DNA of 64,000 bases from Acidimicrobiales bacterium (GCA_025455885.1 JALOLR010000006.1:13913-77912), one strand, 5' to 3'; counted from the stretch's first letter, positions 9,797 through 19,980 are shown. The notes: generated by a model not told the origin, from the letters alone. A program made the numbers and translations.

Positions 9797-10866
9797 TGCC
9801 CAGGACCGAGAACGACATCGCCATCGTCGGCTACGCCATCTCGCCGTTGCTGGCACGGACCGACCAGACCGAGACCTCGATGATGCTCCCGGTGGTCGCC
9901 GGCGCGATCAAGAGCGCCGGCCTCACCAAGGACGACATCGGGTTCACCGTGTCGGGATCCTGCGACTACCTGTCGGGGCAGGCCTTCTCCTTCGTGTCCA
10001 ACGTCGACGCCTACGGCGCGTGGCCACCCATCAACGAGTCCCACGTGGAGATGGACGGGGCCTGGGCGCTCTACGAGGCCTACGTCCGCCTCCTCCAGGG
10101 CGACATCGACACCGCCGTCGCCGCCGGGGTGGGGAAGAACTCCAACTCCGACCCCGAGACGCTCTACACGATCGAGATGGACCCCTACTACCTGACGCCG
10201 CTCGGCGCCGACCCCTACTCCCTCGCCGCGCTGCAGGCCCGGGCGCTGCTCGAGTCGGGCAAGGCCACCGAGGCCGACTTCGCCGAGGTGGTGTCGCGCA
10301 ACCTCGCCGCCGCCGAGACCAACGAGCACGCCCTCGTGTCCGGTCAGCACTCGGTGGAGGAGCTGCTCGCCGAGCCGTACGTGCGAAACCCGCTGCGCCG
10401 CCACGACCTCTGGACCACCACGGACGGCTGTGCCGCGGTGGTGCTGGCGAGGGGTCAGCGGGCCTACGAGCTGTGCGAGCGCCCGGCCTGGATCACGGGC
10501 ATCGACCACCGCATCGAGCCCCACCTGCCCACGCTGCGCCACGACCTCACCCGGTCGGTCTCGACCGAGCAGGCCGCCGCAGGCGCCGGCCTCGCCGCCG
10601 GGCCGGTCGAGGTGGCCGAGCTCTCCGCCCCGGTGAGCTACCAGGAGCTGATCCTCACCGAGGCCCTCGGCCTGGGCGACGCCACCGAGGTCAACCCCTC
10701 CGGGGGTGCCCTCGGGGCCAACCCGGTGATGGTCACCGGGCTCATCCGCATGATCGAAGCCGCCAAGCAGATCACGGAGAACGGCAAGCACCGCACCCTG
10801 GCCCACGCCACGTCCGGTCCCTGCCTCCAACAGAACCTCGTTGCGATCCTGGAGGGTGACGAATGA
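9796..10866 (+). CDS. Thiolase-fold lipid-transfer protein, Ltp4-like
   Basis: SGSCDYLSGQAFSFV, ESHVEMDGAWALYEA, VNPSGGAL, GPCLQQNLV; overlaps stop of the OB-fold gene. Confidence 0.85.
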   Translation: MPRTENDIAIVGYAISPLLARTDQTETSMMLPVVAGAIKSAGLTKDDIGFTVSGSCDYLSGQAFSFVSNVDAYGAWPPINESHVEMDGAWALYEAYVRLLQGDIDTAVAAGVGKNSNSDPETLYTIEMDPYYLTPLGADPYSLAALQARALLESGKATEADFAEVVSRNLAAAETNEHALVSGQHSVEELLAEPYVRNPLRRHDLWTTTDGCAAVVLARGQRAYELCERPAWITGIDHRIEPHLPTLRHDLTRSVSTEQAAAGAGLAAGPVEVAELSAPVSYQELILTEALGLGDATEVNPSGGALGANPVMVTGLIRMIEAAKQITENGKHRTLAHATSGPCLQQNLVAILEGDE

Positions 10867-12020
10867 GCCACCAGCCCGTAGCCGTCGTCGGCATCGGTCA
10901 GACCCACCACAAGAAGCGGCGGGGCGACGTCTCCATCGCCGGCCTCGTCCGCGAGGCGGCCGTCCGCGCCCTCGAGGACGCCAACATGGACTGGGGCGAC
11001 ATCGACGCCGTGGTCCTCGGCAAGGCCCCCGACCTCTTCGAGGGCGTCATGAAGCCCGAGATGTTCCTCGCCGACGCCCTCGGCGCCAACGGCAAGCCCA
11101 TGTTCCGGGTGCACACCGCCGGATCGGTGGGCGGCTCGACGGGCATCGTCGGGGCGCACCTCGTGTCGAGCGGTCGGCACAAGCGCGTCCTGTCGGTGGC
11201 TTTCGAGAAGCAGTCCGAGGGCAACGCCCAGTTCGCCCTCGGGGGCGGCAAGGGCGGCTCGATCGGCGCCGGTGGTGCGTTCGCACCGTTCATCCGGGCC
11301 TACATCCGCCGCTCGGGCGCACCCGAGGACGTGGGCTGGAAGGTGGCCGTCAAGGACCGCCTGAACGGGGCCAAGAACCCCTACGCCCACCTCAAGCTGG
11401 CCGACATCACCATCGAGAAGGTCAAGGAGTCCCCGATGATGTGGGACCCCCTCCACTTCCTGGAGTCGTGCCCCTCCTCCGACGGCGCGTGCGCGGTGGT
11501 GTTCACCGACGAAGCCGGGGGCAAGGCAGCGTCGAAGCCGCCCGCGTGGGTGCTGGCCACCGCCATGAAGTCCGAGCCGTCCACGTTCGCGGGCCGGGAT
11601 CCGGTCAGCCCCAAGGGGGCCCACATGTGCTCGGACGAGATCTACAAGGCGGTCGGCATCACCAACCCGCGAGAGCAGATCGACTGCGCCGAGCTCTATG
11701 TGCCCTTCTCGTGGTACGAGCCGATGTGGCTCGAGGCCCACGACATCGCCGCCCCCGGTGAGGGATGGCAGATGACGGCCAACGGCGACACCGAGCTCAC
11801 GGGATCGTTCCCCGTGAACATGTCGGGCGGGGTGCTCTCGTCGAACCCGATCGGCGCCTCGGGCCTGTTGCGCTTCTCCGAGGCCGCGCTGCAGGTGCGC
11901 GGCCAGGCCGGGGAGCACCAGGTGGGGGGCGCCAAGCTGGCGCTCGCCCAGGCGTACGGGGCCAACGCCCAGTTCTACGCCATGTGGGCGGTCGGGAGCT
12001 CCCTCGACCCGTTGGGCTAG
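10863..12020 (+). CDS. Thiolase-fold lipid-transfer protein / aldol-lyase, Ltp3-like
   Basis: GKAPDLFEGVMKPE, RVHTAGSVGGST, CPSSDGACA, AELYVPFSWYE, NMSGGVLSSNPIGASG. Confidence 0.85.
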   Translation: MSHQPVAVVGIGQTHHKKRRGDVSIAGLVREAAVRALEDANMDWGDIDAVVLGKAPDLFEGVMKPEMFLADALGANGKPMFRVHTAGSVGGSTGIVGAHLVSSGRHKRVLSVAFEKQSEGNAQFALGGGKGGSIGAGGAFAPFIRAYIRRSGAPEDVGWKVAVKDRLNGAKNPYAHLKLADITIEKVKESPMMWDPLHFLESCPSSDGACAVVFTDEAGGKAASKPPAWVLATAMKSEPSTFAGRDPVSPKGAHMCSDEIYKAVGITNPREQIDCAELYVPFSWYEPMWLEAHDIAAPGEGWQMTANGDTELTGSFPVNMSGGVLSSNPIGASGLLRFSEAALQVRGQAGEHQVGGAKLALAQAYGANAQFYAMWAVGSSLDPLG

Positions 12021-12089
12021 CTCGGCGGCGCAGTCTGGACCGGGGCCGGTCGCGTGACGCGGCCGGCCCCGCCATCCCCGGAGGTTGGC

Positions 12090-12926
12090 ATGGGCAAGGC
12101 ACTGGTGCTGGGCGGCGGAGGCGTGGCCGGCGTCGCCTGGGAGACGGGGCTCCTCCTGGGGCTGTCCGAGGCGGGGGTGGACCTGACCGACGCCGACCTG
12201 GTCGTGGGCACCTCGGCGGGATCCGTGGTGGCGGCCCAGGTCACCACCGGGCTCGCGCTGGTCGACCTCCAGGCGCGTCAGCTCCGTCCCCTGTCGGAGT
12301 CGGCGGAGAAGGCGGTCGACTTCGACACCGAGGCCTTCGTCGTCACGATGATGGAGCTCTTCGCCGACCGGCCCGAGCCCCACGAGCTGCGTCGGCGTCT
12401 CGGGGCGCTGGCGCTCGCCGCCGAGACCGTGCCGGAAGCCGAGCGTCGGGCGATCATCGAGGCCCGCCTCCCGGTGCAGGAGTGGCCCGACCGGGCCCTG
12501 GTCATCACCGCCGTCGACGCCGCCAACGGCGACTTCGTCCCGTTCGACCGGACGTCGGGCGTCAGCCTCGTCGACGCCGTGGGGGCGAGTTGCGCCGTGC
12601 CGGGCGTCTGGCCACCCGTGACCATCGGGGACCGGCGCTACATCGACGGGGGTGTGAGGTCGACGGTGAACGCCGACCTCGCCACCGGCCACGAGCGGGT
12701 GGTCGTCGTCGCCCCGATCGCCATGGGACTGGCCGGGAGCATCCACCACGAGATCGAGGCGCTGGAGGCCGAGGGCTCGGACGTGGCCGTCGTCGTGGCC
12801 GACGAGGCAAGCGTGGCGGCGTTCGGCACCAACCCGTTGCACCCCGCCACGCGCGAACCGTCGGCTCGGGCCGGCCGGGCCCAGGGCCCGGCGGTGGCCC
12901 GAGCCGTCGCCGAGGTGTGGGGGTGA
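12090..12926 (+). CDS. Patatin-like phospholipase
   Basis: LVLGGGG oxyanion loop, GTSAG nucleophile, YIDGG catalytic Asp; GGAGG upstream of ATG 12090. Confidence 0.9.
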   Translation: MGKALVLGGGGVAGVAWETGLLLGLSEAGVDLTDADLVVGTSAGSVVAAQVTTGLALVDLQARQLRPLSESAEKAVDFDTEAFVVTMMELFADRPEPHELRRRLGALALAAETVPEAERRAIIEARLPVQEWPDRALVITAVDAANGDFVPFDRTSGVSLVDAVGASCAVPGVWPPVTIGDRRYIDGGVRSTVNADLATGHERVVVVAPIAMGLAGSIHHEIEALEAEGSDVAVVVADEASVAAFGTNPLHPATREPSARAGRAQGPAVARAVAEVWG

Positions 12927-13453
12927 GCGGAGGACCCCCTGCGGGTCGCTTCCATGACGATGCCGAGGTCGTCGAGGCCCGACGTCGTCTCCGCGACGCA
13001 CTCCAGTCGCTGCACCGCATCACCGGCAGCTCCCGTCTGGACCGTCTCAACGCCGCCCGGTCCGGGGTGTCGATCGGTTTCGCGGCCTTCAGCGTGCTCG
13101 GCCGGGTGATCGACTCCGGACCGGTTCGGATGAGCGAGCTGGCCGATGCCGGACGGATGCAGCCGGCCGCGCTCACCCGCCAGGTCCAGGCGCTCGAGGC
13201 CGAGGGCTACGTCGTCCGCCGGGCCGATCCGGCCGACGGGAGGGCGAGCGTCATCGCCGTCACCCCGGCGGGGAGGGCCGCCCACCGTCGGGTGGATGCC
13301 GCCAACGATGCGCTCATGGCCGAGCAGCTGGCGGACTGGTCACCGGCGCAACTCGGGGACCTCGTGGACCAGCTGGACCGGCTGGTGAGCGACCTCCGCG
13401 CCGTGCCGGGGACGCGGACGCAGCGCCCCCGTCGGACCGGCACCGACGGCTGA
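12923..13453 (+). CDS. MarR-family transcriptional regulator
   Basis: MSELADAGRMQPAALTRQVQALEAEGYVVRRADPADGRA winged HTH; GTGA overlap with patatin stop. Confidence 0.85.
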   Translation: MSGGPPAGRFHDDAEVVEARRRLRDALQSLHRITGSSRLDRLNAARSGVSIGFAAFSVLGRVIDSGPVRMSELADAGRMQPAALTRQVQALEAEGYVVRRADPADGRASVIAVTPAGRAAHRRVDAANDALMAEQLADWSPAQLGDLVDQLDRLVSDLRAVPGTRTQRPRRTGTDG

Positions 13454-13499
13454 CCGCACCACTGGGGCGATCGGCACCCGGTCGATCAGGCCGTCGGGC

Positions 13500-15929
13500 T
13501 CAGACGTAGTCGTGGCCGCGCAACCACCGCAGGGACACCCACCCCCACAGCGGGGGGAGGTAGGCGGTGAAGAGCCGGGCGGTGAAGGTGGCGGCGGTGG
13601 CCTGGTCCTGGGGGATCCCGGCGGCCACGAACCCGGCGATCAGACCGGCCTCGATGACCCCGAGGCCACCGGGCACGGGGAGGATGCCGCCGAGCAGGGA
13701 CGCGAACGAGTTGATCACCACGAGCTGCATGAGGGGGAGCGACTCGCCGTAGGCCAGCAGCGCGGCGCCGAGGGTCATGGCGAACAGGATCTGTGACGCG
13801 GCGTTGCCCCCGAAGAGCTGGAGCGCCTTGCCGGGCTGGTGGCGCACCTCCCGGAGGTTGTCGGTGGCGACCTTGACGTGCGGGCGGAGCATGGTGCCGA
13901 CGCGGTGGCGCAGCCGGGGGAGCACGAGCACGACGGCGACCAGGAAGGCGACGATGACGACGATCGACATGATGTCGCTGCCCGAGCTCGACCCGGTTCC
14001 CCCGGAGAGCACGCCGGTGCGTTGCCAGTCGCCGCGGGACAGCCACAGCCCGGCGGCCACCAACACGACCTGGGTCACCATGGTCGCCACGGTGTTGAGG
14101 ACGCCGGAGCTGATCGCCACCGCGGCACCCAGGCCGAGGCGTTGGAAGTACCGGATGACGAGGGCGGTGGTGGCGACGGTGCCCCCGACCAGTCCCATGA
14201 ACTGGTTGGCGAACTGGACGGCGGTGGCCGATCCGAGGGGGATCTGCTGCACCACGGAGCCGAGCATGGCGACGGCCTGCGCGAGCTGCGGGGTCTGGGA
14301 CACGAGGGCCACCACCAGCACCCACCACGGTTCGGCCCCCGCCAGGATCGACCGCATGCCCCCGGCGTCCGAGAGCTCCCCGGCGACGAGGTACACGCCG
14401 AGCAGGCCGCCGACAGCCATGGCCAGGCTGGCCGGTGCCACGCGGCGCAGCTCCTCGAGGGCGGGAGGCTCGACCCCCAACATGTCGGCGGCCTCCTCGC
14501 GCAGCCGCTTCATCGCCTTGCGGGCCCCGCCCGTCGAACGGCGGACCCCCGGTGGCAACGCGGCCGCCTCGAGCACGGGGAGGAGCGAGGCGAGCGCGTC
14601 GGCCCCGCACACGCGCTGGTACGCGGCCAGCGCCCTGTCCGCCCCGGCCACCGAGGCGGTGGTGACCAGCAGGGCGGCGTCGTCGATGTCGATCCTGGCG
14701 CCGCGGCCGGCCGGTGCGGCCGAGCCGAAGCCGACGAGCACGGTCGCGCCGTCCGCGTCGACCACGATGTCGTGGGCGCGAAGGTCACCGTGCACGATGC
14801 CTGCCCTGTGCAGGCGCTTCACGTTGCCCCAGAGGTCGTCGAGGACCCCGTCGGTGACGAGCTCCCCGGGGAGCTCGTCGAGCGGCGTGCCCGTGGGGGT
14901 GAGGGTGACCCCCAGCGCGTCGTCGTTCGGTCCCGCCGTGCCGATCGCCACGAGACGGGGGACGGCCACGCCGTTGCGCTCCGCCAACAGCATCAACAGG
15001 GCACGGCGCTCGACCATGGCCAGGCGGGTGGTCCCGACGGCGGGTCCGCTCTCCTTGTACCAGAGGCGGCGGACGAGGGCCCGGGAGGTGCGGTAGCGGG
15101 TCGCGTCGCGGCCGACGACCACCACCGACAGCTCCTCACCGTCGGCCGACGTCGCCCGGAACTGGCGGTGCGTCGGCTCGTCGTCGGGGGCCGCCACGAG
15201 TGACGTCACGGGTACGCCGATCTCGGCGAGGGCGATGGTGACGTCGGCGATCCCCGGCCCGCCCTCGGGGGCGCCGAGGGCGAGGTGGACCAGCGCCGCC
15301 GCCCCCCAGCCGAGGAGGGTGCTGGCCAGCACGACGGACGTCAGGGCTTCCCCGGACAGCGCCCCGCACGCCACGGCGACCAGGAGGGCGCCGAGGGCGA
15401 TGAACCTCGTGGGGCGCATCAGGAAGGGGAGGGCTCCGAAGACGACCGCCGCGGCCAGGGCCACGGCGAGGACCGGGAGGGTCGGTTCGCCGCCCTCCCA
15501 CGTCAGCCCCGCGCCCGTGATCGTGGTCGCGGACGGGAGGTCGACGGCGGTGCCGAGAGCGAACCCGCCGGCCAGCGCCACCGCCACCGATCCGAGGGCG
15601 GCCAGGAGGAGACGCCTGCGACGGGTGACCAGGCTGGCCACGACGACGGCGAGGCCCGGGACGATCACGCCGAGCCAGTAGAGGCCGACCAGGAGCCCGT
15701 CGGCGAGGTCGCCGATCTCGCTCGCGACGGTGAGGCCGACGTCGTCGAGGGTCGACAGCTCGGGGCTCGTCCGTAGGCAGAGCCAGATCCCGAACCCCGC
15801 CAGCACGAGCCGCCCGACGTCGCCCGCCGCCCGTCGGGTCGGGTCGACGGGGACGGTGCCGAACACCGATCCGAGCCAGGCGCGACCGGCGCGCGACACG
15901 ATGACGTCGTGGTGCTCCGTGGCGGCCAT
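13500..15929 (-). CDS. Membrane protein: N-terminal TM region, kinase-like middle domain, C-terminal lysylphosphatidylglycerol-synthase TM (UPF0104) domain
   Basis: HGDLRAHDIVV segment; C-terminal PVPGGLGVIEAGL...ATFTARLFTAYLP typical of UPF0104. Confidence 0.75.
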   Translation of the reverse strand: MAATEHHDVIVSRAGRAWLGSVFGTVPVDPTRRAAGDVGRLVLAGFGIWLCLRTSPELSTLDDVGLTVASEIGDLADGLLVGLYWLGVIVPGLAVVVASLVTRRRRLLLAALGSVAVALAGGFALGTAVDLPSATTITGAGLTWEGGEPTLPVLAVALAAAVVFGALPFLMRPTRFIALGALLVAVACGALSGEALTSVVLASTLLGWGAAALVHLALGAPEGGPGIADVTIALAEIGVPVTSLVAAPDDEPTHRQFRATSADGEELSVVVVGRDATRYRTSRALVRRLWYKESGPAVGTTRLAMVERRALLMLLAERNGVAVPRLVAIGTAGPNDDALGVTLTPTGTPLDELPGELVTDGVLDDLWGNVKRLHRAGIVHGDLRAHDIVVDADGATVLVGFGSAAPAGRGARIDIDDAALLVTTASVAGADRALAAYQRVCGADALASLLPVLEAAALPPGVRRSTGGARKAMKRLREEAADMLGVEPPALEELRRVAPASLAMAVGGLLGVYLVAGELSDAGGMRSILAGAEPWWVLVVALVSQTPQLAQAVAMLGSVVQQIPLGSATAVQFANQFMGLVGGTVATTALVIRYFQRLGLGAAVAISSGVLNTVATMVTQVVLVAAGLWLSRGDWQRTGVLSGGTGSSSGSDIMSIVVIVAFLVAVVLVLPRLRHRVGTMLRPHVKVATDNLREVRHQPGKALQLFGGNAASQILFAMTLGAALLAYGESLPLMQLVVINSFASLLGGILPVPGGLGVIEAGLIAGFVAAGIPQDQATAATFTARLFTAYLPPLWGWVSLRWLRGHDYV

Positions 15930-16032
15930 GTCCCTCCCCTCCGGTCACGGGCCGACGGCCCGGACAGTTTCGGCGATCGCGCCGCCCGGACCGAGGATGG
16001 ACGGGCCGGGGGCCCGACCCCGGTCCGCGGCC

Positions 16033-17901
16033 TCAGACGGGGGCGGAGGCCCCTTCGGGGTGATCAGCGGCCATGAGCGACACCGCCGAGGCGACGATCC
16101 CGGCGGTATCGAGACCGAGGTCGGCCAGGATGGCGTCGGGCTTGGCGTGGGACAGGAACTGCGACGGGACGCCGAGCACCCGGACCCGCGGCTCGGGTCG
16201 CCCCACGGTCAGCTCGGCGAGGCGGTCGGTGATGGTCATGCCGATGCCGCCCTGGCGCAGCCCGTCCTCGCAGGTCACGACGTAGGGGTGCCGGCCGGCG
16301 TCGTCGAGCATCGCCTGGTCGAGGGGCTTCACGACCCGGGTGTCCCAGAGGGTGACCGAGACGCCGTCGGCCTCGAGGAGGTCGGCGGCGGCCTCGGCGG
16401 CGTCGAGCATCTTGCCCACCGAGATGATGCACAGGTCGTCGCCCCGGCGCAGGCGTCGGGCCCTCAGCCCCGAGCCGACCTCACCGGGCCCCACCTGACG
16501 GGCCGCGGTCTTGGGCCACCGGATGGCCACCGGGCCGTCGGTGATGGCGATGGCGTCGTGGAGCATCTGGCCGAGCTCCTGGTACGAGGACGGTGCGAAC
16601 ACCGTCATCCCGGGGACCTTGGTGAGCAGCACCATGTCGAGGATGCCGTGGTGCGAAGGGCCGTCGTCGCCGGTGACCCCGGCCCGGTCGAGGCAGAAGA
16701 TGACCGGTTGGCGGTGCAGCCCGACGTCGAGGTTCACCTGGTCGATGGCCCGGGTCAGGAAGGTCGAGTAGACCGCCACGACGGGTCGCAGCCCGCCCAT
16801 GGCCATGCCCGCCGCCGACGTGACGGCGTGCTGCTCCGCGATCCCCACGTCGAACACCCGGTCGGGGAACCGCTCGCCGAAGGGCAGCAGGCCGGTGGAG
16901 TCGGGCATCGCCGCGGTGATGGCGACGATCTCGGGGTGCGCCTCGGCCTCGGCGATGAGCGCCTCGGTGAAGGCGGCGGTGTAGCTGCCGGTCTTGGGCT
17001 GGCCGATGTCGTGCAGGCGCTTGATCGGATCGTTCTCGGCCGGTCCGTACCCCCGACCCTTCTGCGTGAGCACGTGCAGGACCTGCGGGCCGCTCATCTC
17101 GCAGGCGTTGCGCAGTGCCTCCTCGAGGGCGGCGATGTCGTGTCCGTCGAACGGCCCGGCGTAGCGGACCCCGAGCGTCTCGAAGAAGGCGTGGGGCTCC
17201 CACAGCTCCCGGATCGCCGCCTTGGTGGCCTCCATGCCCCGCTCGGCCAGACCGCCCACCACCGGCATCTCGGCCAACGCCTTCTCGAGCCGGGCCTGGC
17301 GTCGCATGTACACCGGGTTGTTGCGGATCTTGACCAGGCTCTCGCCGAGCTTCGAGATCGTCGGGGCGTAGGAGCGCCCGTTGTCGTTGAGGATGATGAT
17401 GCAGTCACGGCCGGAGTGGCCGAGGTTGTTGAGCCCTTCGAAGGCCATGCCGCCGGTCATCGAGCCGTCGCCGATGACCGCCACGACCCGGCGGCCGCTG
17501 CCCTGGCTCGACGCCTCCGCCGTGGCGAGGCCGTAGGCGTAGGAGAGCACGGTGGAGGCGTGGCTGTTCTCGATCCAGTCGTGCTCGGACTCGTCGCGGG
17601 ACGGGTACCCGGACATCCCCCCGGCCCGCCGCAGGTTCTCGAAGCCCTTGGCCCGGCCGGTGACCATCTTGTGGGGGTAGGTCTGGTGGCCGGTGTCCCA
17701 GAGGATGATGTCGCGGGGCGAGTCGAACACCCGGTGCAGCGCGAGGGTGAGTTCGACGACGCCGAGGTTCGACCCGAGGTGACCGCCGTTGGCGGTGACC
17801 GCCTCGACGATGAGCGTGCGCATCTCGGCGGCGAGCACCTCGAGTTGCTCGTGGGAGAGCGCTCTGAGGTCGGCGGGCGACGAGATGGTCTCGAGGATCA
17901 T
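16033..17901 (-). CDS. dxs: 1-deoxy-D-xylulose-5-phosphate synthase
   Basis: GGHLGSNLGVVEL, WDTGHQTYPHK, GDGSMTGG..NDN, DVGIAEQHAV, RAGVTGDDGPSHHG. Confidence 0.97.
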   Translation of the reverse strand: MILETISSPADLRALSHEQLEVLAAEMRTLIVEAVTANGGHLGSNLGVVELTLALHRVFDSPRDIILWDTGHQTYPHKMVTGRAKGFENLRRAGGMSGYPSRDESEHDWIENSHASTVLSYAYGLATAEASSQGSGRRVVAVIGDGSMTGGMAFEGLNNLGHSGRDCIIILNDNGRSYAPTISKLGESLVKIRNNPVYMRRQARLEKALAEMPVVGGLAERGMEATKAAIRELWEPHAFFETLGVRYAGPFDGHDIAALEEALRNACEMSGPQVLHVLTQKGRGYGPAENDPIKRLHDIGQPKTGSYTAAFTEALIAEAEAHPEIVAITAAMPDSTGLLPFGERFPDRVFDVGIAEQHAVTSAAGMAMGGLRPVVAVYSTFLTRAIDQVNLDVGLHRQPVIFCLDRAGVTGDDGPSHHGILDMVLLTKVPGMTVFAPSSYQELGQMLHDAIAITDGPVAIRWPKTAARQVGPGEVGSGLRARRLRRGDDLCIISVGKMLDAAEAAADLLEADGVSVTLWDTRVVKPLDQAMLDDAGRHPYVVTCEDGLRQGGIGMTITDRLAELTVGRPEPRVRVLGVPSQFLSHAKPDAILADLGLDTAGIVASAVSLMAADHPEGASAPV

Positions 17902-17935
17902 GGAAGCGTGGGTGTCCTGGGTGGTCGAGCGGCCG

Positions 17936-18847
17936 TCAGCGGTCGGGCGTCGTCGGCTCCGAGGGGCCGGTGCGACCTGCGGCGGCGAAGTCGACCGTCA
18001 CGGTATCGGCATCATCTCTACGGTTCACCATCACGGCCTGGACGAACCGGGCGACGCCGTAGCCGGCGGCCAGCACCACCGCGCCCCCCGCGGCGTCGAG
18101 CCAGTAGTGGTTGCCCGTGATGACGACCGCCGAGATGGTCGCCACGGGGTAGAGCAGGGCCAGGGCCTTCGCCCACGGGCTGCGCAGGAAGGGGAGCAGG
18201 GCCAGCGCGCACCACAGTGCCCATGCGACGTGCAGGCTCGGCATGGCCGCGTACTGGTTGGACACCGATTGCATGGCTTCGGAGTCGAACGACCAGAGCC
18301 CGCCGTGGACGGCGAGCGTGTCGACGAAGGCGGGCAGGCCGTCGGCGACGGCGGCGGGGCCGGCACCGTACGGGCAGTCGCACAGCAGGCGGGGCGGCAT
18401 CAGCGGGAACAGGGCGAAGCTGACGAGCGCCAGACCCGTCGTGGCGAGGATGGTGTTGCGCCACAGCGGATAGGCCTGGGCGTGGCGGCGGGCGAGGAAG
18501 ACGAGCACGCCGATCGGGACGAGGAAGTGCAGCGTGCCGTAGTAGACGTTCACGACCCAGAGCAGTCCGTCCCAGCTGGTGAACCACGACTGGACGACTG
18601 CTTCGTTGAAGATCCCGAGCGCTCGCTGGACGTCGATGACCCGCACCGCGTTGGCGTAGGCCTCCGCAGGGTCCGTCGACGCCGAGCCGAACTGGTTGCG
18701 GACGAACGAGTAGAGGGCGTAGAAGCCGAGGATGTAGGCCACCTCCCGCCAGAGGCGGACACGACGCCTCGGCGCCGCTCCTTCGTCCGGCGCGGTGGGG
18801 ACGGCGGCCGGCCCCGCGCCGGCCCGATGGTCGGAGGGAGTGCTCAT
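17936..18847 (-). CDS. PAP2-family (PAP2_3 / inositolphosphoceramide-synthase-like) membrane phosphotransferase
   Basis: FPLMPPRL, AAMPSLHVAWA, TGNHYWLDAAGG motifs; ATG at 18847 overlaps the upstream stop. Confidence 0.8.
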   Translation of the reverse strand: MSTPSDHRAGAGPAAVPTAPDEGAAPRRRVRLWREVAYILGFYALYSFVRNQFGSASTDPAEAYANAVRVIDVQRALGIFNEAVVQSWFTSWDGLLWVVNVYYGTLHFLVPIGVLVFLARRHAQAYPLWRNTILATTGLALVSFALFPLMPPRLLCDCPYGAGPAAVADGLPAFVDTLAVHGGLWSFDSEAMQSVSNQYAAMPSLHVAWALWCALALLPFLRSPWAKALALLYPVATISAVVITGNHYWLDAAGGAVVLAAGYGVARFVQAVMVNRRDDADTVTVDFAAAGRTGPSEPTTPDR

Positions 18848-19980
18848 CGCGCCGTGGCGGCACCTCGTCCGCCGACGGCGAAGAACGGAACCCCGAGCAG
18901 GCTGACGGCCACGTTCACGAGGTAGAGCACCAGGCCGAGCGCCACGGCCTGCTCGGCGGGGACGCCGAGCGGGGTGAGGAAGATGACGAACGCTGCTTCG
19001 CGGATGCCCAGCCCGGCGATGCCGATCGGGAGGACCTGGGCGATGAGCACGGCGGGGAAGTAGGCGAGGAGCGGGGTGAGGCCCATGTCGTTGATGCCGA
19101 GGGCCTCGGCCACCAGGAGCGCCGCGAGGCAGAGGACGAACTGATAGGCGATGCCGACGACGATCACCCAGGTCGTGGCCCACGGGTGGTGGCGCAGGCC
19201 GCCCACGCCGAGGTGGACCGCACCGACGAAACGGCGCCACCCCTGCGCGGTGGTGTAGCGGCCCCCGAAGCTCCGGTGGTCGGCGAGGACGAGGATCGCG
19301 ACCAGCGCCGCGAGCGTGCCCAGGGCGATGAATGCGGCGAGTGCCGCTGTCCGGCCGAACTCCCAGAGACCGGGGTTGATCGTCAACCCGATGAAGGTGA
19401 TGAGGGGGAGGACGAGCCACCCGCTGAGCCGTTCGAGCACGACCGAGGCGAAGGTGTCGGGGGCGTCGCCGTTGTCCTTGCTGAGTCGGGAGACCCGCAG
19501 GACGTCGCCGCCGACGGTGGTGGGCAGGACGTTGGAGACGAACTGGCCGGCGAAGTAGAGCGGCACCAGGCGGCGGAGAGCGGTGGGCATGTCGAGGGCC
19601 TCGAGGACCTTCTGCCAGCGCAGGGCGGACAGGACGATGGCGATCGCGGTGAGCGCGAAGGCCCCGACCATCAGCACGCCGCTGCGGGAGGTCCACTCCG
19701 GGACGAGCTCGCCGGGGTCGAAGTCGGGCATCCGCCAGTAGAGGATCCCGAGCATCGCGAGGCTGGCGGCCAGTCGGGCGGCGAGCACGGCCCGGCGACG
19801 GGCGGGCGGACGCGACGGGCGGGCGGGGTCGGGAAGGGTGGCGTCGGCCTCGGCGGTGAGGAGCTCGGCCACGGTGCGCTCGGAGAGGTCGACGAGCTCG
19901 GCGCCCGGGTCGCGCTCGGGCTCGCCACGGCGCGGCTGGTCCGAGGGTCGGTCCTCGATCGGGCGCGACGCAGCGGACAT
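18844..19980 (-). CDS. Lysylphosphatidylglycerol-synthase TM domain (UPF0104) flippase-like protein
   Basis: LSALRWQ, FVSNVLPTTVGGDV, SVVLERL, LPIGIAGLGIREAAFV. Confidence 0.85.
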   Translation of the reverse strand: MSAASRPIEDRPSDQPRRGEPERDPGAELVDLSERTVAELLTAEADATLPDPARPSRPPARRRAVLAARLAASLAMLGILYWRMPDFDPGELVPEWTSRSGVLMVGAFALTAIAIVLSALRWQKVLEALDMPTALRRLVPLYFAGQFVSNVLPTTVGGDVLRVSRLSKDNGDAPDTFASVVLERLSGWLVLPLITFIGLTINPGLWEFGRTAALAAFIALGTLAALVAILVLADHRSFGGRYTTAQGWRRFVGAVHLGVGGLRHHPWATTWVIVVGIAYQFVLCLAALLVAEALGINDMGLTPLLAYFPAVLIAQVLPIGIAGLGIREAAFVIFLTPLGVPAEQAVALGLVLYLVNVAVSLLGVPFFAVGGRGAATAR

